DNA of 64,000 nt, taken from assembly GCF_018977255.1 (NCBI RefSeq), contig NW_024704742.1:109308001-109372000 (forward strand), in the 5' to 3' direction. Shown in pieces: positions 28,058 to 41,500 of the stretch; the first letter of the stretch is position 1, and each line of letters opens with the position of its first letter. A program made the position numbers and the translations under genes. The notes beneath the pieces are model-generated. The model saw only the letters and a program-made list of their open reading frames with translations, made no database searches and was not told where the DNA came from. This DNA is from Callorhinchus milii. Lineage: Eukaryota.

Positions 28058-31000
28058 TACAGTATGTTCTGTGAAGCGCTTTGAGACGTCTAGAAGACGT
28101 GATAAGACACTATATCAAATGCAAGGATTATTATTATTATTACCCACCCTATTGTCTTCCCATCACAGCATCAATCTGTTCTTTTTAAATACATCCATGT
28201 ATTTTAAATAAGTGCAAAGAAGCAAATCGGCACAGATGGGCCGAATGACCTCCTTCTGTGCTGTACAATTTTATGATTCTATGAAGTATCCTGGCAAAGA
28301 CGTGATGTTCCAGTGCTCCGCTGCCCTGCAAGTTGGCCATTTTATCTTTTACTGTGGATGCATGTCAGCGCTGTCTCTCGGTTCCAGATGGGTGTCTGAT
28401 TTCCGGGTAAGTGTGTGCTTGTGCTGTAATACCCGCTATCATGCTTTGCTCTAATGTAGGTTGGGATTTTATGGCTCCCATACCCCTCGTCTTTTCTTTT
28501 TTATCAGCAGGTTCAAAACTTGGGGACAAACATTCCTCACTATTTCCTATGCAAATAGCTTCATTGTCTGTTTCCATTAACAATTCACATCTCAAATAGA
28601 CAGAGGAGAACTTTTTAAAAGCAATACACTACAATTTACACGCATATTGCGTCTTTCACATCAGGAGGATGTCCCAAAGCCGTTGACATTTCTTGCTGGC
28701 ACCGGAGGTTTGGGTGGGAGGTGAGAGGGGGTGAGGAGGAGCAATGGTAAAGTAACATAAGCAGCAGTGATGTGTAAAAAAAAGAACAAATTATTTTCTC
28801 GTTGTTTCTGTTTTAAATTACTTTACCAATAGAATGGAATGGTAAAATGAAGCACGACAACCATAATTCTAAGTAATGTAATATTCATATCATTTTAACA
28901 AGCCTTCAGAGTGATGAATTATAAAATTACTTTTTATGAATGATGGTATCCGAGATGCAATTTATTTTTCAGTTTGTTGAGGTGTAGTCCTTCAAATGGC
29001 TGAATAGAATGAAAAAACTATTATCTGTTTTGTTTTCATGCAAAGATACATCTGACTCAGAAAAATAGTTGCGAGACCTGTGCCAATAAATGGGCTCCGG
29101 TTCTGCATGTCAATCGTGTGAGCAATGATTGAAAAGACCGTGTCAATGTTTGTGTAATTCCATCAGATACTTAGAGACAGGGAGTCAAACTGGAATTGAT
29201 GAGTGTGACTCAGGTAGTTTATCATACTAAGTGAATGATACAGAGAAGAGATGTAGCGAACAAATGAGAGACTGCAGAAATGGTTCTATTGACTGACTGG
29301 CTGACTCTATGGATTTATATTCTGTACATAGCTCATTATAATCTGAATTCTGAATAATCTAAGAAAGGTGGTACATAAAAGATCAGTCATTTCACTGACT
29401 GATAAAGGTTAATTCATTGCATAGTGTCTAAACAATATTGCTTCAAGAATTCAAAATAGTTTGAACTGTACCTAAACTTGGTGTGTTGACACACTGTGCC
29501 CCTGCTAATCACATTTGCAAGTCCTTGCTGATGCTGATTAACTCCTCCATCTGAGATTTAAGAATGAATTGACTGTGTGTTTTGTGGGCAAAATGGGGCA
29601 GTGAATTGCGCGCAGCAGTGGCCGACAAAACATTCGTGGATTGAGTGACCAAATTTTTTTTGGGAGGGATTATGACTCCTGGAAAGCGATCTAAGGTTCC
29701 ACGCCCTCCCCCACCACCCCCACCGAGCACCATGTCATCAGGTTGGGCTATGAATATTTTCAGCGGGCTATTAAATCTGGTATCAAGGGAGAGATTTTTG
29801 AAACCTCCGAATAGCACTGTTAAGATAATGTGTGACTATAATAAGAAATGGTGTGTGAGTATAATAGAAAATTATAGTAAAACTTAGATTTCATAAAGCA
29901 TCTTACTGCATTGTTGAAACATCTCAAAGAGAGTGTGACAGAGGAATAAACTTCCAACTTCCGTGAAGGTACATTGCAGCCAAATTCGAGGTCTGGATGA
30001 AGAGAGAAAAAAATAAGAAGAATTTGGTTACTCAATCCACGACTGTTTGTAGGACACTGCTGTGCGTAATTGGCTGCCATGTTTTACCCACAAAATATAC
30101 GGTCAATTCACTTTACAGTATATTCTGTGAAGCACTCTGAGATGACTCAAAGACACAATAAGGAGTTATATCAAATGCAGGGATTATTATTTTTAAAAAT
30201 GGCTTTCTATGGTTATTGGCGTTCAATGTATGTGTAAAGCAGCGTGTTTTTTGTGACTCATTTTAAAAAAAAGTGCTTCAATCAAGAACTGGACACCAAT
30301 CAGACTGGTATGGAGTTCGAGCCCTAACTGCTAATTGAGCATAACATGGTAATGAGCACCAGACTACAGCTGGGTGCTGGAGAGAAGGAGACAAGTCGGG
30401 AGAAGATGGTTATAAAAAGATGGTGCAAGTTTGTTTTCTGGGTGCATAATAATAATTCCTCCAAAAAAACAAAAACAATAATAAATTGGTCATTTTCAAT
30501 CCGCGACTGTTTGTGGGACACTGCTGTGCGCAATTGGCTGCCGCGTTTCGCCCACAAATATACGGTCAGTTCACTTTACAGTCTATTCTGTGAAGCTCTT
30601 TGAGACGTCGAGAAGACATGAAAAGCGCTATATCAAATGCAAGGATTATTATTATTATATTGTATAGTGATTCTTTCCAGGGATGTTTCCAGTGAGTTGG
30701 GTGGGAGAGAAGCTGGGTGGGGAAGGGAACGATGATCGAAACTGTTGTCAAAGAGGTAGGTCTTGAAATATGGCTTGATTAAGGTGAGGGAGGGAGAACA
30801 TTTTTGGGACTCGGGAGAGAGTTCCAAACAACAACAAACGACACTTGTATAGCGCCCTTCACGTTGGAAAGATGTCCCAGAGCGCTGGACAGTCTGGGGT
30901 TTTGGACCCGAGCTGCGAGTTGGGGTCACGAGAGGAGGAGGGCAGTGGGGGTGGGGCTGGGAAGGTGGCCTAAGGAACGGTCAAAGAGGAAGGTCTTTAG

Positions 31001-31685
31001 ACGGAACTTGAAAGAGGCAAGAGAGGGGCTGAGCTGGAGGGATTGCGGGATAGTTCCAGAGTGTGGGGGCAGAGATGCTGAATGCCCAACCACCAGTGGT
31101 GGGGCAGGAAGTGCGGGGGACCTGAAGCAGGCCAGTGTCCACAGAGCAGAGGGAGCGGACAGGCTGTTAATATAAGGTTAGGAGGTCGGAGAGATAGGGA
31201 GGAGCAAGACCATGGATGACCTTGAAGGTGAGAATGAGGGTTTTGTACTCGATTCTCTGCAGGATAGGGAGCCAGTGAAGCCAGGCAAGAACGAGGGTGA
31301 TTGGTTCGCGGAGCCTGGTACGGGAGAGGACACAAGCTGCAAAGTTTTTAATAATCTGCATCTTGTGGAGGGAAGAGTTGGGAAGTCCAGCGAGCAAGCA
31401 GTTGGGATAGTCAAGCCAGGACATGATGAAAGCGTGGATCAGGGTCTCCACGGCCTGTGGTGAGAGGCAGTGGCGGAGGCGGGCAATGTTGCAGAGGTGT
31501 GGAAAGGCGAAACAGATCATGGCATGAATGTGGGGTTTGAAGGATAGCTGAGGGTCAAACGGGACACTGAGGTTTCGTATTGGCTCAGTGAGGTGAATGG
31601 TGATAGTGTCAGCAGCTGAGGTGAGGAGGTGCTGCCAGGAGCCAAGCAGGAGGGCCTCTGTCTTGCCAACATTGAGCTGGAGGAA

Positions 31686-32127
31686 CAAAACCCAAAATAC
31701 TGCAGATGTTGGAAATCTGAAAACAAAAACAGAAGTCACTGGGAACACTCAACAGGTCAGGCAGCATCTATGGAGAAAGGAAAGTGAGTCAACATTTCCG
31801 GTCCACTACTCTTCGTCAGAACTGGGGCATGTTGGGAGGACATGTTGGGAGGACATGCCCCAGTTCTGATGAAGAATCGTGGACCTGAAACGTTGACTCG
31901 CTTTCTTTTCTCCATAAATCCTGCCTCACCTGCTGAGTGTTCCCAACGACTTCTGTTTTTGTTTCAGATTTCCAGCATCTACAGTATTTTGTGGCGGGGT
32001 TTTCCATTAGAAGTGCTCCACAGTTGTACTTTTTTTTAAAGTTTATTAATTATATTTATTTACAGAGCTCCCCCACATAGTCCAGTAAACCTCCCAGTGA
32101 GTGTTCCCAGTGACTTCTGTTTCTGTT
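31686..32127. mobile_element. Non-autonomous Penelope-like palindromic element with two minimal hammerhead ribozyme motifs, inserted in an old L2
   Basis: About 140-bp inverted arms (31693-31832 / 31853-31991) with CTGAYGA...GAAA cores on both strands. Flanked by ttga(g/a)ctggaggaa at 31672-31685 and 32128-32141. Confidence 0.75.
31861..31898 (+). ncRNA. Minimal type I hammerhead ribozyme motif
   Basis: agtt-CTGATGA-agaatcgtggacct-GAAAC-GT-T-gact. Helix I is AGUU/GACU, helix III is the palindromic ACGU, helix II is imperfect. Confidence 0.6.
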
Positions 32128-34663
32128 TTGAACTGGAGGAATTGGCTCTCATCCGGGACCTGATGTCAGAAAGACAATTTGCCAGGACGTCAACTGTCCT
32201 GGAGTCGAGGATGGAGGCGGCGAGATAAGAGTTGGGTGTCATCCGCACACATGTGGAAATGTGGAACAGACAGGACAGGGGACATGAAACAGTGTTTGCT
32301 GAATGAAGGCAGCAGCCTGGTTAGTGTGGTTGAAGGAGGTTGCAGAGGGTAGTTGTGGTGAGACTGTCTGTGGAGGGATTTGAGGGATAATGATAATAAT
32401 TATCCTTACATTTGATATGGCGCATTTCATGTCAGGAGGATGTCTTAAACACTTCACAAGATATAAGGGAAAGTGTAGTGACTGTATATTTTGTAGGGCC
32501 AATGTCTTTAACAAATCCTAAAAAATGTTTTATGGTAGCAAGGTTATATTTTTTGAATGAAGTACATCAGCAATGAACAGTTGTACACTGATTCAGATAG
32601 AAAGTGGAATAAGGTGTATGAAGTAAAAACTGATTCCGAAAGTGTAAACTGGTGATTTTTGCTCGGTGCGCTTTATGCGCACACTTAGTGTATCCTGAAA
32701 GAAAAAGTACGGCTGCAGCCACCCCACCTTCTCATCTCAAGCAGGTTGTTTTCCCTGAGAGAGGACGAGAGCCTTTTTTTCTTCAGCCTGTGTATATTTT
32801 GAAGGAGAATTTAATGGTGGCAGACGTATGGCTCCAGGAGGCAGGATGAACAAAGACAGCCTCTTTTGATAAGAGGGTGTCAAAAGTGTTTAAGAAGGCC
32901 TGAAGGAATGCAAATGTGAAACAAAGGAAAAACCAGCATGAGCTGGTCAGTAGTTTCTGTGAAACCATTGGTGATACCTGGTCAGGGGCTGGCATGAGAG
33001 TGCACGATAAAAGTGTAATAATACCCAATACATCGATAGGAGAGCAAGAGACCGCCACAGGAGGAGAAGGGCAAGGATTGACGTATCTAAGCGGTCACCA
33101 TCTCTCCCGGTGGAAGGATTTAATCACCTTTGAATCCGAACTATGCATCTCGGTTGTATGTATAACAGCTTATCAATGTCACTTTGATTGTATTAAAATA
33201 CTAATATCGTGCTGAGGAATGCTGGTCAGCCTTGTTATATTGCATTGTGAAGAACTCAAAAACTTACAAAAGAGACTGATAGCATTTTTCTATCAGTAAC
33301 AGAAACATCTATCAATTATTATAAAGGCAGTTTCTGCATCAAACTGGCTCGTGGGGAACAGCAAATGTTGATTTGACCACAATGGTTCAATAATTCTGCA
33401 GAAGACATTAACAAATGAATTGTAGCATAAAGTCCACATAAATAATGCATTTATCAGCAGGGACTTGAGCTACATTCAGTGCACTTACTATATCAGATGA
33501 GCCAATTAAGTGCTTTTTGCAATCATCATCACTCTTCAAGAATATTCTTATCCAGAGATGCTCTAACTGAAATGTTAGCAATGAAGTGTGCAGCTTCTGG
33601 TATAACACTTTAGTTACAGTTAATTGTATCAAGAGTTTGAAAATACTGTGAAATAGAATGGGTGATATTTGACCAGGGCCTAATGCATGCCCGTTCCAAC
33701 ACTAAAATTCCTTTGTGAAATGTCATTTCTGGCATTTCTGTATGTGAGTGTAAAATGCAAAATCGCATGATACAATACAATACAAAATTACATTTGTAAA
33801 GCACCTTTCACGTCGGGAGGGCGTCTCCTGCTTGGGAATTTTTTTGTTAATAAAACATTCAAAATATGTTTTGACTTCCTATTGTATCTTGCCTTCCTTA
33901 ACACGTTAACTTTGAAGTAATGTTGACATGTTAGGCAATGAAGCTAACTATAAAGATGTGTACAAACCTTATTTTTGGTAAAAGCAGTGAAGCGGGCACA
34001 AGGGATAGATTTGCCACACCAACACAACGATTGCTATTTTCACTTAATGTGAGCAATTCTGTGAGGGGAGTTGCTGTTAGCAACATCGCTGTTGTTGGAA
34101 ATCCTAAACAATATATTGCAAAGACATTAATTCGACATAAATAAGTGATCTCAGCCATGCAGATATAGGAAGTGTTGAGCAGTCAGGAGCTTCCTCACAG
34201 GGAAGTCATCCCAGGACTTGTGCACCACCCAATGTTCAGTTGTAAAATGGCACACACATTCTGGGAGGTCTGAGAAAATAACAACAACAAATTGCCTTTA
34301 TATAACACCTTTTATGTCAGGGGGATGTCCCAACGTGCTGGAAAAGCTGTTTAAGGAGCTAGCTAGGTGTACTTGCTGGGAATGCAAAGAAAAGAAACCG
34401 AGACAAAAGGATATTAGGGAAAAAATATTTAAAATGAGTGGAATACTTCTGAAATGTAATATGGTATCATCACCCAGGATATGTTTAAAAATGGACCTTT
34501 CATTGATAAGTGCTCCAGGACCCTAGACCACATGAAAGGTGCTGCATAAATGCGAGTTGTTGTTGTGTTTCATGCAAGATAGTGTATTGGAGTGCTGAAA
34601 GTATTCACTTGCTCATTTAAAATTAATATTGTTAACCTTGAACTTTCTCTTCTGCTGTTTCAG

Positions 34664-34806
34664 GTACCAGTGATCCATATGTGAAGTTCAAAATAGCAGG
34701 AAAAGAGGTTTTCAGGAGCAAAACCATTCACAAGAACCTCAACCCAGTGTGGAATGAGGAAACCACTCTTCTAATTGAAAACATTGCAGAGCCCTTGTAC
34801 GTAAAG
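34664..34806 (+). CDS. MCTP1: MCTP1-like coding exon (C2A): (G)TSDPYVKFKIAGKEVFRSKTIHKNLNPVWNEETTLLIENIAEPLYVK
   Basis: Polypyrimidine tract with tttcag acceptor and gtaggg donor; 143 nt. Carries the C2 signatures SDPYVK and LNPVW. Confidence 0.95.
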
Positions 34807-37059
34807 GTAGGGAACATGCAAAGGTTTATTATTCTCAACTCAGCAGTAGAGTCCCTGAGTACCTCACGACTTCCCTCTCTCCCTTGCTCAGCATCCAACC
34901 TCATCCCTATGAAGCGCTCAGAGATGTTACCCCTCCGTGAAGGGCACGAGATAAATACAAGTTGTTGTAATACAATGGAATCTCTTATTGGAGCAATGCT
35001 CGACTTCAAAACTGTTCACTTCAGTCCCACCGAACAACTTACTGAATATTTGTTATATTGCACTATATTTTAACCCTTTTTACTCAATGTATGTTACACT
35101 ACAGAAATCAGCAGTAATACGTGCATCCACGTTAAGTAACACATTTTAGTCCCCATTAAAAACCACTACTGATGTGCGAGCTCCATCTGCTGGTTATATT
35201 AGGTGTTACACTGCAATGTGTACCACATCCAGCTCATTTGATCTGTTGACACCAGATGTAATTATGTTTATGCTCTTAAAGTTCTATCTTTTTATTAAAT
35301 GTTTCATATGCTTTCTACTATTGTTTCGCGCACAAAATATACAGTCATTTCACTTTACAGTGTATTCTGTGAAGTGCTTTGAGACGTCTTGAAGACGTGA
35401 TAAGGCGCTATATCAAATGCAAGGATTATTATTGTTGTTATTATTTATATTACTAATAATAACCTTATACAATAAATGATTGATGTGTGTCAGCCTGACT
35501 TAGCTTGTGGTGCTCTCACAACTGCATCAGTAGATTATTAGTATAATAATAATAGATAATAATCCCTGCATTTTATAGAGAGCACTTTATCATGTCTTGA
35601 ATTCTCGAAGATCTTCACAGGATTTACTGTAAAGTGTAAATACTGACTGTATTTGTAGGATGTGGGCTTATAGGAACAGACGGTGGTCATGAGGGTCTTC
35701 AGTTATGGTGAGAGTTTGAGAAGTTGGGTCTATTTATCATTGGAGCAGAGAAGGTTGAGAGAGGACCACCTGGTAGAGATGTACAAAATTATTCAAAATG
35801 ATTCACTGTCCCGAGCGGTCGGTCGATCAGTCGGTCGCTGACCAGAGCGACTGGTCACTGGTCTGGAACGTAGCCTATTATGAAGACACAATGACGATGA
35901 GGGGTCCGGGGCCAATCACCACAAGGCCCTCACTGGCTCAGAGCCCTGTGTGGGTTTAAACCTCAGCGGTCGGCTCCGTGTGATTCTGAATCAGTTACGT
36001 TGAGCCGCCGGCCGGTGAGTTACTCCCCCGGTGATCGGGTCCCACCTCCTCCAGCCGCATCTCGAAATGTACTCGATCGTCCGCGCCTTCGCACTCGGCT
36101 CCCACCCCCCTGTCCGGTATCATTAAACCCCCTTGAAGTGTAATCCTGATGTGAATCGTGCTGTATATAAATTGTATTGTATTATATTGTACTGTATTAC
36201 AGACCTATCAGGGTTTGGTGCGATGCTCAGAGCCAGTGGGTCCGATAGTGCGTCCTATATTTACAAATAGATGGATATTCTCCCTAAAAGGAAGAAGAAT
36301 GTTTGGGAGAGACACATTCAATCCAACACTAACATATTTGTAAAACTTTAAAGAAAGGTTATACAAACGGGAGAAAACTCCAGCCTCAACCGAAAGCTCT
36401 TCCTTCTTTAATTAACTGTGTGTTTGCTCCACTTGTGGTGAATGATTGATTAATGGACTCATAAATTAGAGAAATGGGAGCATCCCTGCTATGTGGGCTG
36501 AGTTGAAACAGGCCTCACTTTACCATATACTGCACAATACCACAAGGAAATCATTCAAAGTCTGTTGCTTCAGATCAAATTTGGAGGCAATGTCCTTTTT
36601 CATTTCAGGATTTTTTGCCTTACAAAATTGGAGAATCTGGTACTTCTCCAGATGTAGGACATCAGTCCTCTTGCCAGTCCACTCAGTATAAATTAGGGGC
36701 TGTTATCACAGTACTTTTCTCCTCAATGACTAAGTACAATCCAGAGTCATTGGGTCTATCACAGGCCAATTCTTTTACAGATGCACCAAAACACTCAAGT
36801 TGTTAGTGGTTGGTGTGTAACAAACTTCATATTTTATTGGATGCATGCACTCTATCACATATTGTGGAATTTACATATAATTTCCTTTTGTCTCCATGTG
36901 TTCATGTGAAATGTTCAGAAACTGAAAATAGGATTTTAAAAATTCAAAAAAAAATTTTTTAAAAAATATTTTATATGTTATATATTTTTAATATTCTTAT
37001 TATCAAGTTTTGGTTGTTTACCTCAACATTACTTTTCTGCTATGACTTCTCTCCTGCAG

Positions 37060-37139
37060 GTCTATGATTATGACTTTGGTTTACAAGATGACTTCATGGG
37101 ATCAGCCTATCTGGATCTAAGCAAACTGGAATTGAAAAG
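37060..37139 (+). CDS. MCTP1: MCTP1-like coding exon (C2A): VYDYDFGLQDDFMGSAYLDLSKLELK(R)
   Basis: ctgcag acceptor and gtattt donor; 80 nt. DYDFGLQDDFMGSA is characteristic of MCTP1 C2A. Absent from the ORF track. Confidence 0.95.
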
Positions 37140-37477
37140 GTATTTGCTATTAGAGCTGGGTTATGCATTTTAATCTCTCATTGATATAAGCTCCAGTTTT
37201 TCATCAGCCCTCAGTATAAGATAGTGGATGAAGTTTGTGCAGTTGATGTAATTTATATGGATTTTCAAAAAGCATTTGATAAAGTGCCACATAAGATACT
37301 TGTAAGCAAAATAGAAGCCCACAATATTAAAGGGACAGTGGCAGCATGGATACAGAACTGGCTGGGAGACAGAAAGCAGAGAGTAGTAGTAAACAGTGAG
37401 AAGGATAGTAGCAGACTGCAAGGGGACATAGACAGACCGGTAAAATGGGCAGACACATGGCAGATGAAGTTTATCTG

Positions 37478-38490
37478 GTTTCCTCCTCTTCACCCTCTAT
37501 ATGCTCCCCCTTGGTGATATCATCCACAGACATGGGGTAAATTTCCACATGTATGCGGATGATACCCAACTCTACCTCTCTGCCTCCACCCTGAACTCCA
37601 GAACTACTGGCGTCCTGATTGTCTGCCTGTCCGACATCAAGTCCTGGCCGAGGGCCAACTTTCTCCAACTCACCGTCAGCAAGACCAAGGCCCCTCTAAT
37701 TGGCTCGCGCCAGCGACTCCGCACCTCAGGCGCTGGCAGCATCAGCCTCCATGGCTGCACCCTCAACCTCACTAAGCCAGTCAGGAACCTGGGAATCTTG
37801 TTTGAACTGAACTGTCCTTTCTCCCCCACATGCGCGCCATGACCAGCACTGCCCACCACCACCTCCACAATATTGCCAGACTCCGCCACTGCCTCACCCC
37901 TCAGGCTGCCGAAACCCTCACCCACTCGTTCGTCACATCAAGGCTCGATTACGGGAACTCCCTCCTCATCGGCCTCCCCAACTCTTCCCTTCACAAGCTG
38001 CAGGTCATCCAAAACTCTGCAGCTCGTGTACTCTCACGCACCAGGCTCCGTGACCCCATCACTCCCACCCTCGCCTGACCTCACTGCCTCTCCATACCCC
38101 AGAAGATCGAGTTCAAGATCCTCGTCCTCAACTTTAAGGCCATCCTTGGCCTTACCCCCTCCTACCTCTCTGACCTGCTGACTCCCTACCAACCTGCCCG
38201 CTCCCTCCGTTCATTGGCTCCGGCCTACTCCATGTCTCCCGCCCGACCCGCCTTACTCTGGAACTCCATCCCATGGTCCCTTCTCCTCGCTTCTTCCCTT
38301 GCCTCCTTGAAGACCTCTCAAGACCGTTCTCTTCGACCGTGCCTTTGATCTCCCTCCGACCTCTCCGCCTTCCCTCACCCCTTCACCACCCCTCCCTCAT
38401 GCTCAAGCCCCGACACCTGACTGTTCAGCGCTTTGGGACGTCCTCTCGACGTGAAAGGCGCTCTATAAATGTAATTTTGTTGTTGTTGTT
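37478..38490 (+). mobile_element. L2 RT-to-3' fragment inserted in CR1
   Basis: [25 protein letters not shown]; (TTG)n tail. Confidence 0.9.
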
Positions 38491-38551
38491 AATGTAGAGA
38501 AATGTGAAGTGATGCATTTTGGGAAGAAGAATGAGGAGAGGCAATATACAC

Positions 38552-41500
38552 CAACAACAACAAGATTGCATTTATAGAGCGCCTTTCACGTCGGGAGGAC
38601 ATCCCACGGCGCTGTACAGTTGGGTCAGGACCCGAGCAGGGGGGAACTGGTCAGGGTGAGGGGAGGGAAGGGAGGGAGCGAGGAGGGGGTAGAGAGTCGA
38701 GAGGGGAGCTGAAGGCTCGGTCAAAGAGAAAGGTCTTGAGACCGGCCTTGAAAGAGGAAAGGGAGGAGGCGGCGAAGGCACTGGGGGATAGAGTTCCAGA
38801 GCCTCGGGTCTGAGAGGCTGAAGGCCCGACCACCGATGGTAGGGCGGTTAGGGCGGGGGATGTGGAGCAGACCGGAGCCAGAGGAACGGAGGGTAAGTAG
38901 GGGGATAGTAGGTCGGAGAGGTAGGAGGGAGCAAGGCCGTGAATGGCCTTGTAGGTGAGGATGAGCATCTTGAATGGGGATGGGGAGCCAGTGGAGGTGA
39001 GCGAGGGTGGGAGTGATGTGGTCGCGAAGCCTGGTGCGGGACAGTACACGAGCTGCAGAGTTCTGAATGACCTGCAGCTTGTGGAGGGAGGTGCCGGGAA
39101 GGCCGGCGAGGAGAGAGTTCCCATAGTCCAGCCTTGAGGTGATAAAGGCGTGGACCAGAGTTTCAGCAGCGTGAGGGGTGAGGTAGTGCCGTAGTCTGGC
39201 GACATTCCGGAGGTGATGGAAGGCGGTGCCAGTTGTGGCGCGGATATGAGGGAGAAAGGACAGCTCAGGGTCGAACAGAACGCCGAGGTTCCTGACTGCC
39301 TTTGAGAGGTGCAGAGTGCAGCCTTAGATGCTGATGCTGTCAGCGCCCGAGGTACGGAAGCGCTGACGCGAGTCAATCAGGAGGGCCTCAGTTTTTCGCA
39401 CGTTGAGCTGAAGAAAGTTGTCTCTCGTCCAGGACTCAATGTCAGACAGACAGGCTGTCAGGACATCGGTGGTCGTGGAGTTGAGGGTAGAAGAGGAAAG
39501 GTAGAGTTGGGTGTCAGCCGCATACATGTGGAAGTTAACCCCATGTCTGTGGATGATGTCACCAGGGGGAGCATATAGAGGGTGAAGAGGAGGGGACCGA
39601 GGACAGAGCCCTGAGGGACACCGCACAAGACAGTGCGGGGGCTGGAGGAAAAGCCGTTTGCAGAGACAAAATGAAGACGGTGGGAGAGGTACGACCTAAA
39701 CCATTCAAGGACAGGGCCTTGAAGGTTGAGGTGGGAGGACATGCGGTGGAGGAGGATAGAGTAGTCGACCGTATCGAATGCGGCCAATAGGTCGAGGAGG
39801 ACAAGGAGGCAGAGGGAGCCCTGGTCACAGATGGTCAAGATGTCATTGGTGACCTTGACCAGGGCGGTTTCTGTGCTATGGGCAGCACAGAATCCCGACT
39901 GGAGGGGTTCGAAAAGTGAGTGGGTGGAGAGGAAAGAGCGCAGCTGGGAGGCGACGACTCTTTCGAGAACCTTGGACAGGAAGGGGAGGTTGGAGATGGG
40001 CCGGTAGCTTGATAGTTGAGACTCATCAAGGGAGGGTTTTTCAATATGGGAGTGATGGTGGCAGTTTTGAGGGAATGGGAACAGAGCCAGAGGAGAGGGA
40101 CAGGTTAATGGTGTCTGTGAGAAGTGGCAAGGAGGTGGAGCTGGGAGATAAGGAGTGGAGTGGGGTCCAGGGAGCAGGTGGTGGGTTTCAAGGACAGGAT
40201 GAGTTTGGTGACAGAGGGTGGGGAAACGGGTTTGAAGGTGTGTAGGGGAGGATGGGTAGGAGTCGGAGTGTGGGAGGGAAGGGGTGGGAGGTGGGTGGAA
40301 GTTGGAGGGGGAGTGACCGCGGAGCGGATTCCCTTGATTTTGGATTCAAGGAAATCCAGCATCTCCTTGCAGTGAAGGTTGGAGGAGATGACCTGCGCGG
40401 GGTGGCGGGGGGGACGGATGAGTCGGGATGTGTAGGAGAACAGAAGCGTCGGGTTGTTCTTCGCCTCCAGGATTATCCTGGAGTAGAAGGACGACTTGGC
40501 CGAGTGGAGCGGTAGATTTTGAGGAGGTCCAGCCAGATTTGCCGGTGGACCGTTAGGCCAGATTTGAGGCAGGTGCGTTCAGCGGCCCGCACCTGGCTCT
40601 TCAGTGAGCGGAGGTGGGTGGTGAACCAGGGGGAGGAGCGAGAATAAGAGACAGTACGGGAGGTGATGGGGGCAAGAGTGTCGAGTGTGGAGGAGAGGGT
40701 GTTGTGGAGGAGGGTGAGAGCAGAAGAGGGGTCAGTGAAGGATGAAGGCCAGAGGGAGAGGAGTTCAGAGGACTCCAAGGCAGCGGTTAGGGATTGAGGG
40801 GGTAACTTCTTTCAGGGGCGGTAGAAGATGGTGGTGGGTCTGGTGGAGGTAGGGAGGGGTGTGGACATGGTGAAGGAGATGAAGTGGTGATCAGAGACGG
40901 CCGTGTCGGTAATGGTGACATCTGAGACACTGAGGCCCCGAGTGATCACCAAATCGAGTGGGTGGCCGTGAATGTGAGTGGCGGAGTTGATATGGAGGGA
41001 GAGGTTGAGCGAGGAGTGGAGGGAGGAGAAGTCCGAGGAGATGGAGCAGGAGGGGGTGAAGTGCAGGTTGAAGTCGCCCAGGATGATGAGGCGATCAGAG
41101 CAGAGGCAGAGAGATGTTAGGAGGGTAGAAATATCGGAGATGAAGGTGGTAGAGGAGGAGAATTTTGATTGAGAGATGGGAGGGGTGGGAGAGGGTGAGG
41201 TGCTCAAAAGAGGGGAAAGAGCCAGAGGAGTAGGGGGATAGGGCAAGTGGTGTCCTTGAGATAAGGGCTACACCACCGCCACGGCGGTTGGGGTGAGGGA
41301 TGTGGTGAGAGGTGTAGCCGGGTGGTGTGGCCTCCGTGAGGGGGAAGGTGTCGCCTGGGGTGAGCCAGGTTTCAGTTAAGGCCATGATGTCAACGCTCTC
41401 ATCAAGGATGAGATCGTTGATGACCAGGGACGTATTACTGAGGGAGCGGACATTTTATAGTCCAATGTGGAGGGAGCGGTTGACAGAAGGGTGTGTGGGG

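Larger units (their letters stand above)
30828..32250 (-). mobile_element. Older L2 fragment (host of the hammerhead element)
   Basis: LQLNVGKTEALL, RNL.V.FD.QLSF and LHWLP motifs. Resumes after 32128 with DDTQL-type sequence. Confidence 0.88.
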
